55,373 bases of DNA, taken from assembly GCA_041552015.1 (NCBI GenBank), contig JBFELT010000001.1, positions 1 to 55,373 on the forward strand, read 5' to 3'. The notes below the pieces were generated by a model, which was given only the letters and a program-made list of their open reading frames with translations, ran no database searches and had not been told where the DNA came from. Shown piece by piece: positions 26,394 through 35,358 of the stretch; the first letter of the stretch is position 1; the number at the start of each line of letters is the position of its first letter. The DNA is from Woeseiaceae bacterium (GTDB taxonomy: Bacteria > Pseudomonadota > Gammaproteobacteria > Steroidobacterales > Woeseiaceae). The translations under genes and the position numbers were made by a program.

Positions 26394-26494
26394 CGAGACA
26401 ATCGTCAGTCTCGCACGACGGCAGCACTGTCTGAGCGACCGAGATCTCCCGGCAATCGACGCTTCGGATTGCAGGGCGTCAGGTCAGGGTAGGG

Positions 26495-27391
26495 TCAGCC
26501 TTCCCAGACGACGGTTGCCGCATCGAACACCGGGCCGTCGACACAGACGCGTTTCATGGCCGGGCCGTCGGGCGTTTCGATCCTGACCGCACAGCCGGCA
26601 CAACCGCCGACCGCGCAGGCCATGTATTCCTCGAGCGACACCTGGCACGGCAGCCCGTAGCGTGCCGCCAGTGCCGCCACGGCCCGCAGCATCGGCGTCG
26701 GCCCGCACGCAAAGATCTCGGACTTCGACCGTTCGGCATCGCTCAGGGTCGTGAGCCACCGCTCCGCGAGCTCGGTGACATAACCCTCGAAGCAGCCCTC
26801 GAAACCAGCCAGCGTTGCGAGTCGCGCCGGTACACCCCAGCTCTCCAGCAACGGCATCGTCCGATCGAGCTCGGCCGGCAGCCATGGCGTGGCAAGCTTC
26901 GAGGGCAGCAGATCGAATGGAAACGGGATTTCCGAGCCCAGGATCGCCAGGGGAGCCCAGCCGCCGTTGTGTGTTCGAAGGTAGTCGGCAACAAAGACCA
27001 TGGGTGGAATACCGACGCCGCCACCGATCAACAGCACGTTCGGCCGCTCAGGCGACGGCGAGAAGGGGATTCCGATCGGGCCCAATACGCTCAGCGTGTC
27101 GCCGACCGACTTTTGCGACAGCAGCCGCAGGCCGTCGCCAACGATCTTGAACAGAATCTCGATCCAGTCGTCCCTGGCACGCATGATGGACATGGGGCGC
27201 CGCATGGGTCGCAGTTCGCTGCAGCTAATGTGCACGAAATTCCCTGGCTTTGCCGCCGCGGCACATTGCGGCGCACGGATCCGCATGATGAATTGCTCGC
27301 CCGGAAACCCGGTCAGCGACATCACCTCGCCGTCCTCGACGAAGATCGTATTGCGATTTTTTTGCGCCTTGCGTTGCGCAGCGGTAATCAT
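26495..27391 (-). CDS. PyrK-like FAD/NAD(P)-binding oxidoreductase with C-terminal 2Fe-2S cluster motif
   Basis: RRPMSI (FAD site), LLIGGGVGIPP (NAD site), ACGPTPML, and a Cys cluster MACAVGGCAGCAV...VCVDGPVF. ATGA overlap with the pyrB stop. Confidence 0.75.
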   Translation of the reverse strand: MITAAQRKAQKNRNTIFVEDGEVMSLTGFPGEQFIMRIRAPQCAAAAKPGNFVHISCSELRPMRRPMSIMRARDDWIEILFKIVGDGLRLLSQKSVGDTLSVLGPIGIPFSPSPERPNVLLIGGGVGIPPMVFVADYLRTHNGGWAPLAILGSEIPFPFDLLPSKLATPWLPAELDRTMPLLESWGVPARLATLAGFEGCFEGYVTELAERWLTTLSDAERSKSEIFACGPTPMLRAVAALAARYGLPCQVSLEEYMACAVGGCAGCAVRIETPDGPAMKRVCVDGPVFDAATVVWEG

Positions 27392-28380
27392 CTCGCCGCC
27401 ATCGTCCGTACCACCCGGTCAAGTACCGCCATGCGTACCGCCACACCGTTCGTAACCTGCCGGGTGATGACGGACCTGGGCCCGTCCGCCACGGAGCTCT
27501 CGATCTCGATGCCACGGTTCATCGGGCCCGGGTGCATCACGATGACATCGGGTGCCGCGTGCCTGAGCCGCTCCTGGCTGATTCCGTAATTGGCGAAGTA
27601 CTCATCGATCGGCGGAATTCCGTCGAGGTTGCCGATGCGCTCGCGCTGAATTCGTAGCGCCATGACAACATCGGCGCCGGCCAGCCCCTCGGCCAGGTTA
27701 TCGACGATATGCGCGCCAGGCAGGCTCTTCGGATCCGGAGCGAGAGCGGGTGGCGAAATCAGCCGCAGCTCTCCAACGCCCAGCGTTATCAGTCCCTGCG
27801 ACGCGGACATGGCCACGCGGGAATGCCTGATGTCCCCGACGATCGCCACCTTGAGATGCTCGAAGCCGCCTTTCTGCTGGCGTATCGTGAGCAGGTCCAG
27901 CAGGCCCTGCGTCGGGTGGGAAACATCCGCCTCGCCGGCATTCAGGATGCTGACAAAGTCCTCCACGTGCTGGGCAATGTAGGCCGGCACTCCGGCACTG
28001 GCATCGCGTACCACCATGACGTCGACCTGCATGGCTTCGAGCGTGTAGATCGTGTCGAGGATGCTCTCACCCTTCTTGCGTGATGACGTGTTCACGTCAA
28101 GATTCAGCACGTCGGCACCCAGGCGCTTGCCGGCGAGGTCGAACGATGCGCGGGTGCGCGTGCTGGGCTCGAAAAACAGGTTTGCTACGGTTCGGCCGGC
28201 CAGCGAGCGGCTGCGTGCCGGGAGACTGCCCGGTGCCGTAATGTAGCGCTCGGCTTCATCGAGAATGTCGACCAGCAGCGCCCTGTCGAGCCCTTTGAGG
28301 GTGAGTAAATGGCGCAGCCGGCCCCTTGCATCGAGTTGCAGGGCCGCTTCGTCGTTTGCGCTTGTTGGAGCGGGGCTCAT
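27388..28380 (-). CDS. pyrB: aspartate carbamoyltransferase catalytic subunit
   Basis: RHLLTLKGLD, FFEPSTRTRASFDLAGKRLGADV, HPTQGLLD, VMHPGPMNRG. Confidence 0.9.
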   Translation of the reverse strand: MSPAPTSANDEAALQLDARGRLRHLLTLKGLDRALLVDILDEAERYITAPGSLPARSRSLAGRTVANLFFEPSTRTRASFDLAGKRLGADVLNLDVNTSSRKKGESILDTIYTLEAMQVDVMVVRDASAGVPAYIAQHVEDFVSILNAGEADVSHPTQGLLDLLTIRQQKGGFEHLKVAIVGDIRHSRVAMSASQGLITLGVGELRLISPPALAPDPKSLPGAHIVDNLAEGLAGADVVMALRIQRERIGNLDGIPPIDEYFANYGISQERLRHAAPDVIVMHPGPMNRGIEIESSVADGPRSVITRQVTNGVAVRMAVLDRVVRTMAAR

Positions 28381-28498
28381 GGCGGGGCAATTCTACGGGC
28401 ATTATCTTCAGGCCACCACCTGCGATCGACCGCCAGGGCGCCCCCTCGTCCCGATCGTGGAGCTCCGCTCGCCCGACCCCACGCCGCACGTTGAGCCC

Positions 28499-28605
28499 GC
28501 AGCGGTGTGTGCCGGGGTTTTTCACCAAGCGAGATTGCGAACCTCGGTCCCGCCTGACGGGAGCAGCTGTCCGAGCGACTGAAACACCCCGGCACGCACT
28601 GCTGC
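28499..28605. repeat. 107-nt long imperfect inverted repeat (structured element of unknown function)
   Basis: GCAGCGGTGTGTGCCGGGGTTTTTC (28499-28523) pairs with GAAACACCCCGGCACGCACTGCTGC (28581-28605). The 57-nt spacer itself contains nested CTCGG/CCGAG and TCCCG/CGGGA pairs. Confidence 0.7.
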
Positions 28606-28638
28606 GGCTGCCAACCCGGTCGGCGGCCGCAATTACGC

Positions 28639-29697
28639 TCAGCCGCCGAAGTTGACCTTCGCTTCCAGGTTGGCGCGCGAGTCGGCGTGCGACATCGCCT
28701 CTTCCATCGTGATCGTGCCGTCCTTGTACAGTTCCAGGAGCGCGTCATCGAAGGTCTTCATGCCGGCCTCCCCGCTGTCCTTGTGCGCTTCCTTGACATC
28801 GGTGATGTCGCCTTTGAGGATCAGATCCTTGATGTGCGGCGTATTCAGCAACAGCTCGACGGCCGCGACACGCTTGCCATTGCGCGCGCGCACCAACCGC
28901 TGCGAGAGTATGGCGCGCAAATAGTGCGCCAGGTCCATGAACACCTGCGCGTGTTGCTCCTGGGGAAACAGATTGATGATCCGGTCCAGTGTCTCGGCCG
29001 AGTTGTTTGAGTGGATCGTCGCTAGCACCAGGTGCCCGGTGCCCGCCATGTCGAGCGCCGCACGCATCGATTCGATGTCTCGAATCTCGCCGATCTGAAT
29101 GACATCAGGAGCGGCGCGCACCGCGCTCTTGAGCGCGCGTTGATAGGACTTGGTATCGAGCCCCACTTCCCGCTGATTGACAATCGACTGCTTGTTCGGA
29201 TGCAGGAATTCGATCGGGTCTTCGATCGTGATGATATGCGACGAGGTCTTCTCATTCCTGTGATTGATCATGGCCGCGAGTGTTGTCGACTTACCCGCTC
29301 CCGTCGCGCCGCACATCAGGATCAGTCCGCGCCGCAGCATGACGAGCTCTTTCAGCTGCTTCGGCATGCCGAGTTCATCCAGCGTCGGCATTTCGGAGGT
29401 TATGTAGCGCAACACCATGGAAACGCTGCCGCGCTGATGAAACACGTTGACACGGAACCGGCCCAGACCCTGCTCGGACAACGCAAAGTCGATCTCCAGC
29501 TCCTTGTTGAACTGCTCCATCTGCTCCTCGGTCATCAACTCGAGCGCTGCCTGTTTGACCATCTTTGGCGTCATCTCGAGTTTGTTGACCGGCATGATCT
29601 TGCCTTCGATCTTGATCTTGGCCGGCGTAAAAGGCGCGAAGAACAGGTCGGAGGCGTTTTTCTCGACCATCAGCTTGAATAGCGGTTTAACGTTCAT
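28639..29697 (-). CDS. PilT/PilU-family type IV pilus retraction ATPase, second PilU-like paralog
   Basis: Walker A GATGAGKST, Asp box, Walker B PDVIQIGEIRD, His box TGHLVLATIHSNN. Lacks the PilT AIRNLIRE motif (it has HIKDLILKGD). Confidence 0.85.
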   Translation of the reverse strand: MNVKPLFKLMVEKNASDLFFAPFTPAKIKIEGKIMPVNKLEMTPKMVKQAALELMTEEQMEQFNKELEIDFALSEQGLGRFRVNVFHQRGSVSMVLRYITSEMPTLDELGMPKQLKELVMLRRGLILMCGATGAGKSTTLAAMINHRNEKTSSHIITIEDPIEFLHPNKQSIVNQREVGLDTKSYQRALKSAVRAAPDVIQIGEIRDIESMRAALDMAGTGHLVLATIHSNNSAETLDRIINLFPQEQHAQVFMDLAHYLRAILSQRLVRARNGKRVAAVELLLNTPHIKDLILKGDITDVKEAHKDSGEAGMKTFDDALLELYKDGTITMEEAMSHADSRANLEAKVNFGG

Positions 29698-29719
29698 CGG
29701 GTTGTCGTTCCTTGCGCGC

Positions 29720-30877
29720 TCAGAAAGTCCGAGCCGTATCCTCTTCCATGATTTGCAGGCTCTCGGCCTGCTGATCCGCTGCCGATGCGTCCCGCTTGCT
29801 TTCCAGCTTGACCCGCAGGCGAAGCTCGTTCTTGGAGTCCGCGTTGCGCATGGCTTCTTCGTAGGTAATCGCGCCGTCCTCGTAGAGAGTGAAGAGGGCC
29901 TGGTCGAATGTCTGCATTCCGAGTCGCGTCGACTTCGACATGATCTCCTTGATCTGGCCGACCTCGCCCTTGAAGATCAGGTCCTGTACCAGCGGCGTAT
30001 TGAGCATGATCTCCATCGCGGCTACGCGCCCGATACCGCCTTCGCGCGGGACCAGCCGCTGTGCGATAAATGCCTTGGTGTTCAGCGAAAGGTCCATCAG
30101 CAGTTGCTGGCGACGCTCTTCCGGGAAGAAGTTGATAATGCGGTCCATTGCCTGGTTGGCACTGTTGGCATGCAGGGTTGCGAGACAGAGGTGGCCGGTC
30201 TCCGCGAACTGAATACCGTACTCCATGGTCTCGCGGTCCCGAATTTCGCCGATCAGAATTACGTCCGGCGCCTGACGCAGAGTGTTCTTCAATGCCGCGT
30301 GCCAGGTCTCCGTATCCACACCCACTTCGCGCTGCGTGATTACACAGCCTTTGTGCGGATGCACGTACTCCACGGGATCCTCGATCGAAATAATATGTCC
30401 GCGCGAGTTGGCATTGCGATGACCAATCATTGCCGCCAGCGTCGTGGATTTACCAGAGCCGGTGCCGCCGACCACGATACACAGACCACGCTTGTTCATT
30501 ACGACATCTTTGAGGATGGGCGGCAGTTCGAGGTCTTCCAGCGTCGGGATCTCCGTCGTGATCGTTCGCAAGACGGCGCCTACCATGCCCTGCTGAATGA
30601 ATGCGCTGACGCGGAAGCGTCCGATGCCTTGCGGTGCAATCGCGAAATTGCACTCCTTGGTTGCGTCGAACTCCTTGATTTGTTTGTCATTCATTATGGA
30701 ACGCACCATCATGGCGGCCTGTTCCGGGGACAGCGGCGTGTCGGTTGCCTTGTGAACGGTGCCATCGACCTTGATTGCCGGCGGAAAAGCCGCCGTCAGG
30801 AACAGGTCCGAACCATCCCGCTCGACCATCTTGCGCAACAGATTCTGTGTCAGTCGTACCGCTTGTTCACGTTCCAT
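29720..30877 (-). CDS. pilU: type IV pilus ATPase PilU
   Basis: 385 aa. GGTGSGKST, PDVILIGEIRD, TGHLCLATLHANSANQ, and a PilU-type C-terminal extension. Collinear with P. aeruginosa PilU as I recall it. Confidence 0.9.
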   Translation of the reverse strand: MEREQAVRLTQNLLRKMVERDGSDLFLTAAFPPAIKVDGTVHKATDTPLSPEQAAMMVRSIMNDKQIKEFDATKECNFAIAPQGIGRFRVSAFIQQGMVGAVLRTITTEIPTLEDLELPPILKDVVMNKRGLCIVVGGTGSGKSTTLAAMIGHRNANSRGHIISIEDPVEYVHPHKGCVITQREVGVDTETWHAALKNTLRQAPDVILIGEIRDRETMEYGIQFAETGHLCLATLHANSANQAMDRIINFFPEERRQQLLMDLSLNTKAFIAQRLVPREGGIGRVAAMEIMLNTPLVQDLIFKGEVGQIKEIMSKSTRLGMQTFDQALFTLYEDGAITYEEAMRNADSKNELRLRVKLESKRDASAADQQAESLQIMEEDTARTF

Positions 30878-30918
30878 TTCGTAGCTCTCCCTTCGGGTCG
30901 ACGGCTTGCCGTTTACCC

Positions 30919-31959
30919 TCAGAAATTCTCCTTGTTGATGGCACGGAAGCGCGCCTCTTCCTTGTTGATCAGGCCCTTTTGCATCAGCTCGGTGAGATTC
31001 TGATCGAGTGTATGCATGCCGGCCGCCTGTCCCGTCTGAATGGCCGAGTACATCTGCGCGATCTTGCCCTCACGAATGAGGTTTCGAATGGCCGGCGTAC
31101 CGATCATGATTTCGTGGGCCGCAATGCGTCCGCCACCGACCTTTTTCAACAACGTCTGCGAGATGACCGCGCGCAAGGATTCCGAAAGCATTGCACGTAC
31201 CATTTCTTTTTCAGCGGCGGGAAATACGTCGACAACCCGGTCGATGGTCTTGGCTGCCGAGCTCGTGTGCAGGGTGCCGAAAACAAGGTGGCCGGTTTCC
31301 GCCGCCGTGAGTGCCAGCCGGATCGTCTCGAGGTCGCGAAGCTCGCCAACCAGTATGACGTCCGGGTCCTCACGCAGGGCTGAGCGCAGCGACTCGTTGA
31401 ACCCGAGCGTGTCACGATGCACTTCCCGCTGGTTGATCAGCGACTTTTTCGACTCGTGAACGAACTCGATGGGGTCCTCGATCGTGAGAATGTGGTCCGG
31501 CTTGTTGTCGTTGATGTAGTCGACCATTGCCGCGAGCGTCGTCGACTTCCCGGAGCCGGTCGGGCCGGTTACCAGGACGATGCCGCGCGGATGCATGGAA
31601 ACGTCCTTGAAAATCGGCGGCGCACCCAGGTCTTCCAGGCTCAGGATTTCGGAAGGAATGGTTCGAAATACCGCAGCCGAACCGCGATTCTGGTTGAAGG
31701 CGTTGACGCGGAAGCGCGCGAGTTTCGGGATTTCGAATGAGAAATCGGTCTCCAGGAATTCCTCATAATCCTTGCGCTGCTTGTCATTCATGATGTCGTA
31801 CACCATGCTATTGACGTCTTTGTGGGTGAGCGCCGGCATGTTGACCCGTTTGATGTCGCCATCAACCCGAATCATGGGCGGCACGCCAGCCGACAAATGC
31901 AGGTCAGACGCGTTGTTCTTGACTGCAAATGACAGCAACTGGGCAACGTCGACAGCCAT
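30919..31959 (-). CDS. pilT: type IV pilus retraction ATPase PilT
   Basis: GPTGSGKSTTLAAM, TGHLVFGTLHTSSAAKTIDR, GTPAIRNLIREGKIAQMYSAIQTG. SD GAGGGAG upstream of the ATG. Confidence 0.95.
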   Translation of the reverse strand: MAVDVAQLLSFAVKNNASDLHLSAGVPPMIRVDGDIKRVNMPALTHKDVNSMVYDIMNDKQRKDYEEFLETDFSFEIPKLARFRVNAFNQNRGSAAVFRTIPSEILSLEDLGAPPIFKDVSMHPRGIVLVTGPTGSGKSTTLAAMVDYINDNKPDHILTIEDPIEFVHESKKSLINQREVHRDTLGFNESLRSALREDPDVILVGELRDLETIRLALTAAETGHLVFGTLHTSSAAKTIDRVVDVFPAAEKEMVRAMLSESLRAVISQTLLKKVGGGRIAAHEIMIGTPAIRNLIREGKIAQMYSAIQTGQAAGMHTLDQNLTELMQKGLINKEEARFRAINKENF

Positions 31960-32044
31960 ATTTCTCCCTCATGAGATTGGGGTCCGGACTTACCATAACC
32001 CGGACCGATTTGAGCCTAGTATAGCGAAGCACCGGGACTAAAAC

Positions 32045-32728
32045 GTGATTAGAGTCACGGAAAACCTAGCGTTAATCAAAGATTTGCTGGCGACCGCGGC
32101 CATCGAGGCCGGGCGCGACCCGAATACCGTCGATTTGCTCGCCGTCAGCAAAAAACAGCCCCTGGAGCGCGTTCGCGCCGCCGTCGCGGCCGGTCAGCGG
32201 CATTTCGGCGAAAACATCGTTCAGGAGGGTCTCGACAGGATTCAGGCCATACCCGAATCCGGACTTACCTGGCACTTCATTGGCCACCTGCAAAGCAATA
32301 AAACACGTGCGGTCGCCGAATACTTTGACTGGGTACACACTATCGACAAGCCGAAGATCGCACGGCGCCTCAGCGAACAGCGCCCGGCCGAACTGGGCGC
32401 GCTGAATGTCTGCCTGCAGGTCAATATCGACAGCGAGCTCAGCAAGTCCGGCGCGAGCGTTGAGCAGGTCGCAGAGCTCGCGTCGGCGTGCATGGAACTT
32501 CCGAATATCCGTTTGCGCGGTCTCATGTGCCTGCCGGCCATTCGGGAGGGGTTTGTCGCGCAGCGCGAACCGTTCGCAAGGCTGCGCCAACTGTTCGAGG
32601 ACTTGCGCCGGGACGGAGTACCGTTGGACACTCTTTCAATGGGCATGAGCGACGACTATCGCGCCGCGATCTTCGAGGGCGCAACCATCGTGCGTATCGG
32701 CACGGCACTGTTTGGCGAACGGGTTTAA
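32045..32728 (+). CDS. yggS: YggS family pyridoxal-phosphate homeostasis protein
   Basis: LLAVSKKQP (PLP lysine), HFIGHLQSNK, SMGMSDDY. Divergent from pilT, as in Pseudomonas. Confidence 0.9.
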   Translation: MIRVTENLALIKDLLATAAIEAGRDPNTVDLLAVSKKQPLERVRAAVAAGQRHFGENIVQEGLDRIQAIPESGLTWHFIGHLQSNKTRAVAEYFDWVHTIDKPKIARRLSEQRPAELGALNVCLQVNIDSELSKSGASVEQVAELASACMELPNIRLRGLMCLPAIREGFVAQREPFARLRQLFEDLRRDGVPLDTLSMGMSDDYRAAIFEGATIVRIGTALFGERV

Positions 32729-32743
32729 TTACCGGGGAGAATC

Positions 32744-33616
32744 ATGGATTACGGAAAGGTAGCCTTCGTGGGCGGTGGCAACATGGCGCGGGCGCTGGCC
32801 GGCGGCATGCTCGCGGCCGGCTACGAGGCAAGCCATATCCTGATTTGCGAGCCCCTCGAAGAGCATCGCGACAGGCTCAGGAAGGAATTGCCTGGCGCCG
32901 TGATTCGCGATGACAATGAGACCTCCGTCGCCGAAGCCGAATGCGTCGTCTTCGCAGTCAAGCCGCAAATCCTGAGCGCCGTCTGCAAGCCGCTCGCGAC
33001 GATCGTGCAGACGACCCGGCCGCTTGTGATTTCTATCGCGGCCGGCGTCCGCAGCGGCGACATAGACAGCTGGCTCGGCGGCAACCTGTCCGTGGTGCGC
33101 GTCATGCCCAACCAGGCCGCACTATTGCGCCTGGGTATATCCGGCCTGTTTGCCAACGAGAGAACCACGGAGCTTCAGCTCAGGGCCGCCACCAACATCA
33201 TCGCAACGACGGGCCCTGTGATTCCGGTTTCCTCGGAACAGGATATCGACACCGTTACGGCCGTCTCGGGCACCGGACCGGCCTATTTCTACCTGCTGGT
33301 GGACATGCTGGTGCAGGTCGCGGTGGATCTCGGCCTGGACTACGAATCGGCGCTTGCGCTGGTCCTGGAGACGGCACGGGGTGCCGGGGAAATGGCGGAG
33401 CAATCCGGTGAGACGATGGACTCGTTGATCGCGCGCGTGCGTTCACCGGGCGGCACCACGGCGGCTGCCTTCGACTACCTGGAGACGACCGACTTCCGCA
33501 AGATCTTCCGCGCGGCTGTCGTCGCCGCCCGCGATCGCGCCGTTGATCTCGCCGACCAGGCCCACGAAGCAGGCAAGGACCAGTGCCCTTCGGACACCAG
33601 AAGTAATACGAACTAA
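32744..33616 (+). CDS. proC: pyrroline-5-carboxylate reductase
   Basis: VAFVGGGNMARAL, RVMPNQAALL, and the C-terminal VRSPGGTTAAA motif. Confidence 0.9.
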   Translation: MDYGKVAFVGGGNMARALAGGMLAAGYEASHILICEPLEEHRDRLRKELPGAVIRDDNETSVAEAECVVFAVKPQILSAVCKPLATIVQTTRPLVISIAAGVRSGDIDSWLGGNLSVVRVMPNQAALLRLGISGLFANERTTELQLRAATNIIATTGPVIPVSSEQDIDTVTAVSGTGPAYFYLLVDMLVQVAVDLGLDYESALALVLETARGAGEMAEQSGETMDSLIARVRSPGGTTAAAFDYLETTDFRKIFRAAVVAARDRAVDLADQAHEAGKDQCPSDTRSNTN

Positions 33617-33634
33617 GCAGACAGGATTCCAGGC

Positions 33635-34195
33635 ATGCCATCGAATATCGCTTCCGCTATCGTCTTTATCGTCAATGCGCTGACCAGCCTGTACCTCCTG
33701 GTGTTGCTGCTGCGATTCTGGATGCCATGGCTGCGCGCCGACTTTCGAAACCCGCTCGCCCAGGGAATACTTCGCTTCACATCGCCGATCGTTGTTCCGG
33801 TGCGCCGCATCGTGCCGTCTTTCGGCCGTCTCGATACGGCGACGGTTATTGTTGCCTTTGTCATTCAATACCTGGCGGTACTGCTCCTTCTTCTGATTCT
33901 TGGCCAGACGGCAGGCATTGCCGACATAGCCGTGACCTCGGTCGTCAAGCTCGTCGTTCTCTCCATCAACCTGTTCGTGTATGCGATCTTCGTTCGAATC
34001 ATCCTGAGCTGGATTTCCCCGGGGGGCTACAATCCCGCGACCGCCATAATTACGACGCTGACCGAACCGGTATTGCGCCCCTTTCGACGCCTGATACCGT
34101 CGATGGGCGGCTTCGATATCTCTCCGATTTTTGCGATCATCCTGCTGCTCGCCGCGACGATCGTGGTCAATGGGCTAAAGCCCCTAGGCATCTAG
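33635..34195 (+). CDS. yggT: YggT family membrane protein
   Basis: Duplicated YGGT repeat (LLLRFWMPW...NPLAQGILRFTSPIVVPVRR and ILSWISPGGYNPATAIITTLTEPVLRPFRR). Confidence 0.85.
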   Translation: MPSNIASAIVFIVNALTSLYLLVLLLRFWMPWLRADFRNPLAQGILRFTSPIVVPVRRIVPSFGRLDTATVIVAFVIQYLAVLLLLLILGQTAGIADIAVTSVVKLVVLSINLFVYAIFVRIILSWISPGGYNPATAIITTLTEPVLRPFRRLIPSMGGFDISPIFAIILLLAATIVVNGLKPLGI

Positions 34196-34293
34196 CCCGT
34201 ATCGATTATTGGCGGCTGCCGGCCGGATCAGTGCCGAACAGTACGCGAGCGGCCTTGAATGGTTTATAGTGAGAGAAAAAGGGGGCCGGTCTC

Positions 34294-34767
34294 ATGACAA
34301 TAACCAGAACGTTGATCTCTCTATCATGGCTGGCTGTGCTCGTGGCCTGCGGCGGGCCCGGCGAGTCCGCTAACGTCCCCCAGGCCGAACCGGCCGGTGC
34401 ATCGTCCACAGACATCGGCGACCATGTCGTGCACTTCAGCGCACTGTCCACTGACCAGCTACCCCCCGAGATCGCCCGCGCCTATAACATTCTTCGCAGC
34501 AAGAACCGCGCGATGCTGAACGTGTCGGTCATCCGCAAGTCAGACAGTGCGCCTGTCGCGGCCACGGTCACGGTCAAGACCGTCAATCTGACGGGTCAGC
34601 TTAAGAATGTCACTATGCGGCAGATCAAGGAACAGGAAGCGATTTACTACATTGGCGAAACCGCGGTCGCCAATCGCGAGACGCTGGTCTTCGATATCAG
34701 CGTGCTTCCGGAAGGAGCGAAAAGGGCATCGGAAGTTCGATACAAACGCGAGTTCTATACCGACTGA
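34294..34767 (+). CDS. DUF4426-like periplasmic lipoprotein
   Basis: Lipobox LAVLVAC. HVVHFSALSTDQLPPEIARAYNILRSKNRAMLNVSV resembles the DUF4426 family. Same relative position as in the Pseudomonas yggT neighbourhood (from memory). Confidence 0.55.
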   Translation: MTITRTLISLSWLAVLVACGGPGESANVPQAEPAGASSTDIGDHVVHFSALSTDQLPPEIARAYNILRSKNRAMLNVSVIRKSDSAPVAATVTVKTVNLTGQLKNVTMRQIKEQEAIYYIGETAVANRETLVFDISVLPEGAKRASEVRYKREFYTD

Positions 34768-34987
34768 TAAAACCGCACGCAGGACACCAGGCCCCGACAG
34801 CCTCATGAGCTTCGGTCTGCACGCCCGCGGTCAGCTGCAATTTTTTTAAGAATACCCGCAAAAAAAGGCGCTTTTTGCCTTACGCGGCTGTTTCACATGT
34901 GGTATCGTCGCGCTGCTTTTGACGCGGGCGGAGCCCGTTCTTACCGCGAGCATTCGCTCGTTTTTCATTTTTAGGAGTCAGTTTTTC

Positions 34988-35308
34988 ATGGCCACAAATT
35001 CCAACAAGCCACCCACCAAGTCCGAAATCTACGCAAAGATCGTTGACGACACCGGTCTGTCGCGCAAAGACGTCGCTGCAGTTTTCGAATCGCTGAACGG
35101 TCAGATCAAGAAGAATCTCGGCGGTCGTGGTGCTCCGGGTATGTTCACGGTACCGGGTCTCTTGAAGCTTCGTGTTGTAAAAAAACCGGCTCGCCCGGCG
35201 CGAAAGGGTACGAACCCGTTCACGGGCGAGGAGATGATGTTCAAGGCAAAACCGGCTTCGAAAGTCGTCAAGGTTTCTGCGTTGAAGGGCCTGAAAGACA
35301 TGGTCTGA
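34988..35308 (+). CDS. HU/IHF-family DNA-binding protein
   Basis: ATG 34988 preceded by TAGGAGT. Beta-arm motif KKPARPARKGTNPFTGEEMMFKAKPASKVVKV. 106 aa. Followed by a strong terminator. Confidence 0.8.
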   Translation: MATNSNKPPTKSEIYAKIVDDTGLSRKDVAAVFESLNGQIKKNLGGRGAPGMFTVPGLLKLRVVKKPARPARKGTNPFTGEEMMFKAKPASKVVKVSALKGLKDMV

Positions 35309-35329
35309 CTTTTAGACACGGTCTGAAAG

Positions 35330-35358
35330 CAAAAGCCGGGGTCTCCCCGGCTTTTTTT
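35330..35358. terminator. bidirectional rho-independent terminator
   Basis: AAAAGCCGGGG-tct-CCCCGGCTTTTTTT: an 8-bp GC stem flanked by an A-run and a T-run. Sits between the convergent HU-like and hydrolase genes. Confidence 0.8.

Noticed and set aside
28499-28605. The long inverted repeat as a MITE or IS remnant.
   Set aside because: No target-site duplication is visible at the flanks, there is no transposase fragment, and there is no second copy in this window. This cannot be excluded without a genome-wide copy count, so the element is kept as a finding with unknown function.
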